DNA of 58,193 nucleotides, filler included, from Sluysia triapertura (taxonomy: Eukaryota), in the NCBI GenBank assembly GCA_046118255.1. It is 4 parts of 4 records of this genome, joined end to end, with 100 filler letters (N's around TTAATTAATTAA, not from the genome) between each part and the next. Parts side by side here need not be neighbours in the genome. Positions count along the whole stretch, not along the records: positions 38,183 to 58,193 come from JBJNIA010036593.1; 3 more parts are not named here. One strand, 5' to 3'. The translations under genes were made by a program, and so were the position numbers. The notes under the pieces were generated by a model. That model saw only the letters and a program-made list of their open reading frames with translations, did not search any database and was not told where the DNA came from. The first letter of the stretch is position 1, and every line of letters starts with the position of its first letter. Shown piece by piece: positions 50,541 to 58,193 of the stretch.

Positions 50541-53161
50541 TGTTAAAAAGAAATTAATTATATAAACGTAAATGTTTATTTATGTAGTACTACATTTGCA
50601 ACTCCTCATTACATCTTGTATTAATATAAAATGAAATCTTAGTGTAATTATTTTTATTTTACAATCATGGTAAATTTTACTTATAAAAAACAAATTTATA
50701 AACATTAGTTTCTTAACAAAGATATGTAAATATATTTTATACTGAAATAGAAAAACAATAGTAATAAAACTGAAAAAAGTAGTTTTAAATAGAAGAATAA
50801 ATATTGTTGAATTAGATTTTTATAGAATTTGCTTAAAATTTATAATTCATAAACATTTTTAAATTTAACGGGCTAACGTAATTCTCCTGTATCAACTAAC
50901 CCTTTACATTCACAATGACTACCCCGATAGGTTCGTCGGCTTTCCATTTTGTTTCTATTATCCAATTATGATTTAATAAATTAAAGTATGTAAGTTTAAG
51001 GAGTTAATAGAAAAGTTGTCCTAGCTAATTTTTAAATTAAATTTAAATTAGTTGTGAATATTCATAAAGTGTAAGTAGCATTTGCAGAAAACAAATTTAA
51101 ACTAAATTTATAAAATAAGTAACTTAATCATTTAATTACGGACGACATATTGATACTTTATTCATTGTTCATTTTTAAAATTAAATTTGGAAAACGAAAT
51201 TTTTTAAACAGGTTAAAATGATAATATGACTAAATATTTATTCCGTACTGTCTGCGATAGAGAAGTTTAAAAGGTTTCGTAGGAATTTGTAAAATGGTTT
51301 ATTAATGCAATTACTAAAAATTCATAATTTTATAATGAAATAATCATTTTGCTTTAGATTTCATTTTGTGTAATATTTTTATGAATATATTTAAATTATT
51401 TATGCAAACACTATAGATTGGTGCAATGACTGAGAACAAATATTTTAGTTCATTAAATGACATGTTGAATATTTTGACTATTTCAAGTGCTTCTTATATA
51501 TTAATTTTTGTGGAAAACAATTTTTTTATTAAAGTTAAAAAAGAACTCTTGTTTAGTTTTAATATTGATGTAAACGATTCAGGCTCATATTTATATTGCA
51601 AACAGGTGATAGTAAAATGTAAATTATATTAATTAATTGTACATTTGTTCCATTTATTTAATTATAATTAATTTTTTTCGTCGCAGTGAAAACGTTATTA
51701 CAATAATTATATAATAGTAATTATTATTATTATAAAATGAATTTTATCTAGAGATTTCGAAATATTACAATTTTTGGAAAAATTTTTAAAATTTCTCACT
51801 TTATAATCTCAAAATGATTGAAGTGTGTAATAGTTTAGATTAAAATAACGAAAAAAATAAACTAAATAACTAAACTATGAATAAACAGTTAGTTTAGTTT
51901 AGTTTAAATTAAGGTATGCAGAAAATTAACATGTTATCTCGATTAATTCTGCTTCTCGAAGATTACCAAGTAATATTTTAAAAGAAAATTTTCTATTTTA
52001 TCAAAATGTTGATAAATATATTGATATACTGTACAGTACAGTTATTCCGAAAATTCGTTTAATGCGAAGTAAATTGCATTGTACGGCGAGTTTTCTGTAA
52101 TTTGTATGGATAATTCTCTGTTTAACTCGACTCAGGTTGATCTCAAGTGTTTATTCAGCAATACAAAATTGAAATTTATGATTTAATAAAATCTGCTATT
52201 TTTTGTCGCCAAAATTAAATGAAACTCGTTTTCAACATTCGTTCTGATTGATTGTTCATTAAGATAACCAACGAGCAATCATAATTTAGCAAGTCTTAAA
52301 TTAATAGTTGGAATTGTCTCACCAATTACTAAAATACCGATAACATTTGTTCAATTAATCTAAAGTCCGAATAATGTAAAGTTCTTTTCTGCATCATTTT
52401 TTAGAACAATGTTGAATACCGGTTGATGAAATGTAAATAAATGAATATCTAAGGAAAAAACTTGCATGATTAAATGAAATTAGACAACTGCAAAAAAATC
52501 AAGACAAAAATGAATGCGAAATTAACCTCTAGAATTTTGATCGAAAGTCAAGTGAAATAACTGCGACATTTAAGTTTATTAGATTCCAAAAAGTTTTGCA
52601 ATGTTAAAATAGTCTATAATTTTGTACATGTTTATTTTAATGCCTTTAGATTTATGTATGATTTAATTTTTAAAACACCGATATTTCCACACGTTTTTTT
52701 ATCTTTATACATAATATTTTCTTACTTTTATTTTGTTTAAATATATTAAAATAATTTAAAATAACATAACACAAACTTATGATGACTTGCTATGCTAATG
52801 CTGATGAATATTAATGGTGATCCATTTATTATTACTATTGAATATTCTATGAGCTAAAACAAATATCTGATGTTTGTGTTTTGAGTTATTGATTGGTTTA
52901 TGATGACAATTTTTGGCAATACATTAGTTATTGAATATATTGCGCATGCAATATGATTTAAAATGACTGTACATCCTTGCTCTGATCCAATCAATTAACG
53001 GATTTTTCGAAACTTAAAATAATAGTGCGTTAATTGGTTTTCCATTATTAATTTTCAATGAAACATTAAGAATTGCCTCATATTTTATTTTTACAATTAA
53101 AATAAAGAGTGACACTTTAAAATGTGAAAAATATTAATTGCAATGCTGTCAATTATTTTAG

Positions 53162-53424
53162 ATAATGAATCAAATTCATCTCCACCAAAACAACAACCAG
53201 TTTCATCATCAACATCGTCTATGTTAACTTCACCTTCATCACATTCGATTACACATATCTTCAAGTCAAAATTTCGTAGTAAAACCAATTCAGATTGTAC
53301 CTCTGCTATTACATCATCAACTGTTATTAAAAATGATGCTGATTCAACTGAAAATAATACTCTTAACTCACAAAATTCATGTAATGAATCCAACATTCGC
53401 AAGTCTAATCGATTTAGAAAACGA
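53162..53424 (+). CDS. Probable S/T-rich internal exon of an unidentified gene
   Basis: AG at 53160-53161; open frame DNESNSSPPKQQPVSSSTSS..RFRKR, then GTTAG. Confidence 0.45.
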
Positions 53425-55198
53425 GTTAGTCTTGTGGTTGTATTTTACTCAATTGAGGTGGTGTCATTAAGCTAAATACTATTTTTTATTTTAGTCTAAT
53501 TTATAGAAACTTAAACTAAAACTTTATAGAATCATGATATCACGTTTAATTGGCTAATGAAATATTACTCAATATTTTATAATTATTATTCGACGATTTC
53601 GCATTGTTATTTTTGAATAAAAATAATTAAGTATTAAAATTTGAAATACATTCTGTTATCATCTATTACATTTACTCCTTTAGAAGTCATAAAAATTTAA
53701 CTTTTCGTACTATTTCTTGACTAGAGGAAAAAATCAGGTAGTCAGATGAAGTGATCTGTGGATTACGAAGAATATGTCCCACGGATCTGAATTAATGATA
53801 ATTATAAAGTTTATAATTCACATTTCTATTTATTTTAGTATCAAAACTTATTTATATGTATATTATAAGATAAAATTGTTCAGACTTTTAACTCCAATAT
53901 ATCAAATCATTAATTTTTTTGAAATTACAGCTACATTTTAATAAGTTTTCATTAATAATTTTTTACATTACGAAGCATAGATAAATATGTACTGATCGAA
54001 TAATTCCGTTTGAATTTAATACAGTTAAATAAGACGTCTAAATAAATCAAAAAACATTTAAAATAAAATATTTATTAAGTTAATTAAAATCATTAAAAAC
54101 AAATGGATTTTTGAATGTCTACAATTCATATTTAAAAGTTAATGAATTTAGAATTAATTATGAGGTTGAAAGAATAGTTTTGCTGAAGATTTCTAGACAA
54201 ACTTAAAAATTAATAGAAATAATTTAACAAAATATTGTTCACGCATTATTAACAACATAAGCCTAGATTTAAATTTCAAAAGTACATCTTTTTATTGTTA
54301 TTAATTTTAGATGATTACGATAATGTTCATATTATAATATGACACTTATTTCAGAAATCTATTTAGGGCTAAGTATGTTTTGAATTTATAGACTTTATAT
54401 TTATAAAGTTTCCGTAGACTAAAATAAGTGCGATATTGTTTGATTCTATCATGTTAATACTTAGTAATGTTTATTTGAAATATTGATGTTACATACTCAA
54501 ATTTGTTGCAACAAATATTCATATAAAACTACAAAATTAGATTTTCCATGTTTAAAAATTTTTATCGAATTGTCAAACAATAGAGAATTTATTGTTTAAT
54601 TATTTTAAATATTGTTTAAAATTTATTGATTTTAAATAAGTATTTTGCAAATATTGTTATACAAAACAAATCTAAAACGTTTTCTGTAATATCCAGCGAT
54701 TGAAAGAGTATTTTACTTTAAAATGGTCAGAAAATTCCAGGACATTTTGTATCTGTAGAAAAGCAATGTCTTATTCTTGTACGCGATTCTAATGTGATGT
54801 TCTAATCAAATTTAGCGTTTTAATCAAACACTGATATGACAATGGAAATTTTATAGAATGACTGAAGATACGAAAACTTATGGCTGAATTGTAAGGTATA
54901 AAGTAACTGGACCTTTCTATGATATTCGCTTAGGAGTATTCGGGTATTATGATGCTTTACAAATAAAGATAAAATAATTAACGAAAGAATGAAAAACTGC
55001 TCAACTTAGAGAAAATGTTTTAATCCTTAATTTTCCAAAGCTAATTTTTTGTTTTATTTACAATTATAATATAAAAAACTTTTGTTGATTGTGTTAAATA
55101 ATTGTAAAATGTTTCATTTTAAATTTTTTGGATATATTTACTATACTTTATATTGTGTTTTGGTATTATACAATAAATTTAATTTTGGATATTTATAG

Positions 55199-55258
55199 CC
55201 CGTTGCATTACTTGATGAAATTGAAGGACCGGAATCGAAGAAACCAAAAAAACCGAAG
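55199..55258 (+). CDS. Probable 60-nt internal exon (PVALLDEIEGPESKKPKKPK)
   Basis: tttatag acceptor, aag|gtaagt donor, GC-richer than flanks. Confidence 0.45.
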
Positions 55259-55398
55259 GTAAGTTGGTTTTCACGTATTTCTGAAAAATATCTAAAGCTA
55301 AAATGCAAGTACCAACCTATCGTTCCTTAAATAGATGTTTTAATATTAATTTATGAATTAGTACATATTAATAAAATTTGTGAACTTACTGCATAAAG

Positions 55399-55445
55399 CA
55401 GAGGATCTCACCCTTTTTGCTACGCTGGCACTCCAAAATGCTTTA
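55399..55445 (+). mobile_element. hAT (Charlie/Buster-like) transposon end, decayed
   Basis: cagaggatctcaccctttt..ggcactcc resembles CAGTGGTTCTCAACCTTTT; the preceding 8-mer gcataaag has a central TA. Confidence 0.45.
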
Positions 55446-57494
55446 AAAATATTATGACACACTTGAAATTATAATTAAAACTACAAAATCAGAAAGCCAA
55501 AATTTTTTGACCTTGGCATTTTATAAACTTTATTGTCTTATTTATGTTTCAAAAGTGTCAAAAAATCACATGGACATACGCATAGTACATATGTTTATTA
55601 GGTTGCATCTATCGAATACCACTGATCTAAATAAATAAATTATTGTTGTGGTGATACGTAAATAGTACATTACAGTTTTTAGATTTGTTTATTATTGCTC
55701 AGAATTTCGTAACTGGCGATTAAAATATATAATAATACTTGAATTTCTCAAACTACTTAACATCCACAGAACTCCATACGTATAATAAAAAACATTTTGC
55801 ACATATAATGATCAAACCTTGGATGGCTTTCGTGTGTAATATAATTCCATCCATTCGAAATATATCTCTGGCCAAAATTTCGAGACCTGCTAATAACAAA
55901 TTCATATTACCGTTCTGAGGTAAAAGTTCAGATATAAGTTTATATCATACAATTCGCACTTTTATTTAAGGTGTAATAAAAATATTTAAATTGTGAAGAT
56001 TTGTTTCAAAGATTGACTTAATTATTTCCTAATGTTTTTTGAGACCCTTAAAGAATTAACATCTATAAATGAGCCGTTTTGAGAATTTTTTTATATAGGT
56101 CGCCTTTTAAGATTAAACCTGGGAGAAGTTACAGTAATGTGAACAAACCATTTTAAAAAAAATAATTATTATTATTATTATTAATGGCATTAACACTGTA
56201 AATGGATTTAGTCACTTATAATTATAAATCATATTAAAAGAATTATTAATTTTAGTCACAAGTATTTGCGTTTTTTAATGCACAAGAAGTTTGAATCTTT
56301 TTATCATAAAATGTACATAATTTTGATATTGAAATAAAAGTAATTTTCGTATCGCCACATTCAGGAATTATTGAAAAAAGCGTTAAAGCAACAGTATCTA
56401 CAAAATAAATATGCCAAATTAAAGGTGATATAGAATTATGTAATGCACAAAATAAGAATCAAATGTTTAAGCCTCGTTAAAAAAACGACTATATTTTGTA
56501 TGCTGCTATTACAGACTTAGAGGAAAATACTTGATAAAACTACTGATACTGGGCTTTTACATAAACAATCATATCAGTACATTCAATAGGTAAGTGAGTA
56601 AATAAGCTTAAAGAAATGATTTAATCAATAGAGAATTTAAATTTGTAAAACCTTATTAGAAAATCCATTAGATAAAATATTTCTCAAATTTATTGTTATG
56701 TGCATTGAAAAAGGAGTCTCACGTTTGATTGGATAAACATAATAATAAAGTTATAAACACTAAAGTTAAAAGTTTGATAAAAGTTTATGATTAGAAATAC
56801 AGTCAAACAGATTGCATGAAAATATGTTTATTAAATATTGTACGATTTCCTACAAAAATGGGTATTGATGCAGTTCGATAATGTAAAATCATTCAGTTCA
56901 ATTCAGCCCAAACGAATAAATCTTTGGGTTGTTTTACTGTATCATCAGATTATCATTTATTCAGATTGAGTGTTTTTTTTCTAACTTTCTAAATCAAGCC
57001 AAATAGTATTTTTTTCCTTCTAAAGTCAAGTTATTATAAATTTGGCCTCTCTATTGGTAAATATAATAGAACATAATGGAAAGATCTTTCAAAGTTTAAA
57101 GGTGAATTTTTTATAAATTTGTTGTTTATTCCAAAATTTAAATATAAAAAAATATTATTTATACTTTTGCATAAATAAATTGCAGTGCATATTTTATTCA
57201 CTAAGATCAAATCCTGCACTAAATCCACATTTAATCCTCTGACAAATACAATTTATTGCATTTAGTGCATTTACTTTACTTTTTAATATTTTGAACTTCA
57301 AATAAAAATAAAAACGCATTTATATTTTTAATTCAGCTCGAGATGCATTTATAAAAATTATCAATTTTTAATTATCAGTATTTAACTCATTAAAGCTTGA
57401 AGTACTACATTATAAGTTAAAATATGTAATGTATAATCCTTTTTTCTTATGATGTGTATTTTTAAGACAAGCAGAAAGCATAAAATGTGAAATA

Positions 57495-57731
57495 CAATGG
57501 ATCCCCGTATAACGCGGCCCCCAATAGCGCGAATTCGTATAACAAGATGATAAAAATGTGACAAACCTTGTATAACGCGCAAACTTACCTCATAAAACGC
57601 ATTAATGAAACTGCTAATTATATTAAACACGATGAATTCGACATCTATCATTATAGTTACGTACCGCCTTATACTGGAGTCCACATGGAACATGAATTCC
57701 TATAACTATCGCGTTATACGGGGATCCTTTG
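57495..57731. mobile_element. Tc1/pogo (Tigger-like) MITE, 237 bp
   Basis: 22-bp TIRs caatggatccccgtataacgcg / cgcgttatacggggatcctttg (1 mismatch), flanked by TA on both sides. Confidence 0.9.
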
Positions 57732-57789
57732 TATTTTAATATCAAAACTAAGATAAAGGCACCGCAGAAAAAATATATGAAAAATTATT

Positions 57790-57830
57790 TTAACCTCTTG
57801 TGCAGTAAACACGAGTCTGACTCGTTTAAC
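57790..57830 (+). mobile_element. piggyBac-like transposon end
   Basis: TTAA-CCTCTTGTGCAG, followed by the subterminal palindrome acgagtctgactcgt. Confidence 0.55.
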
Positions 57831-58193
57831 TTAAATTTGCTATATGAAACAATGTCTTGTTGCATTACATGTTGCTGATTCCTTCGAAAAGTATCGCACA
57901 TTTAACACTATTAATTTTTATTTTTTCACTTTGGTATTTAATAAATATAATTGTTGTTTTGCTGCAGGAAATTTCTTTTAAATAATTATTTCAGGCACAT
58001 AATAATATATTAATTTATATTGCGCTCATATCTACTGCGAAAGTACTCAAAAGCGCTTAAGGTAAATGAATAAATAAAACTACAAGGGATTAATATCCTT
58101 TTAAGAAACGTCTAAATTTGGATAAATAGGCTTTTAAAAGTTAAATAATTGAGACTGTATAATGTTTTTTTTCACTTTAAATGTTTATAATTT

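Noticed and set aside
53743-53790. Hammerhead-ribozyme-like string cagatga-a-gtgatc-tgtg-gattac-gaag..gtc
   Set aside because: Both core boxes are mutated (CAGATGA, GAAG), stems I and III do not form, and a competing hairpin (gatctgtgg/ccacggatc) fits better.
9854-57693. Many short ORF-track entries (e.g. 9854-10078+, 13669-14047+, 16062-16382+, 26106-26387+, 44874-45110-, 50255-50509-, 53097-53402-, 57382-57693-)
   Set aside because: Antisense shadows of real coding regions, or low-complexity F/I/L/Y-rich frames expected by chance in AT-rich DNA and repeats.

Overview
Very AT-rich eukaryotic (metazoan) genomic DNA. It is made of four joined contigs: 44N-TTAATTAATTAA-44N linkers at 14396-14495, 26989-27088 and 38083-38182, plus a sized gap at 30135-30297. 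Adjacency across the linkers therefore cannot be trusted. Host genes have tiny 34-38 nt introns, consistent with a compact invertebrate genome (species not determinable). They are TSG101/Vps23 (2485-3588, last exon not found), a four-cysteine kringle exon missed by the ORF track (6724-6993), a PDZ-domain exon (22335-22638), five exons of a Fat-type cadherin (40537-47304) and a few unassigned exons. The rest is mostly decayed mobile DNA: mariner, pogo-type MITE, hAT and piggyBac ends, CR1/L2, MULE and Gypsy integrase remnants, and solo-LTR-like repeats. Two observations stand out. (1) A decayed ~4 kb minus-strand polyprotein (13756-9757) reads acidic N-terminus, conserved ~110-aa domain, internal signal peptide, chuvirus-like class III fusion glycoprotein, TM region, then an in-frame retropepsin, with no RT/IN following. 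A diverged second copy lies at ~24730-26730. (2) A dispersed family of seven ~50-nt hairpins shows compensatory base changes. One sits just past the protease stop, and five are accompanied by an invariant TGGAGGT 7-mer. Together they suggest an undescribed enveloped retroelement or virus-like family with non-autonomous relatives. All alignments and translations were done by eye; no database searches were run.
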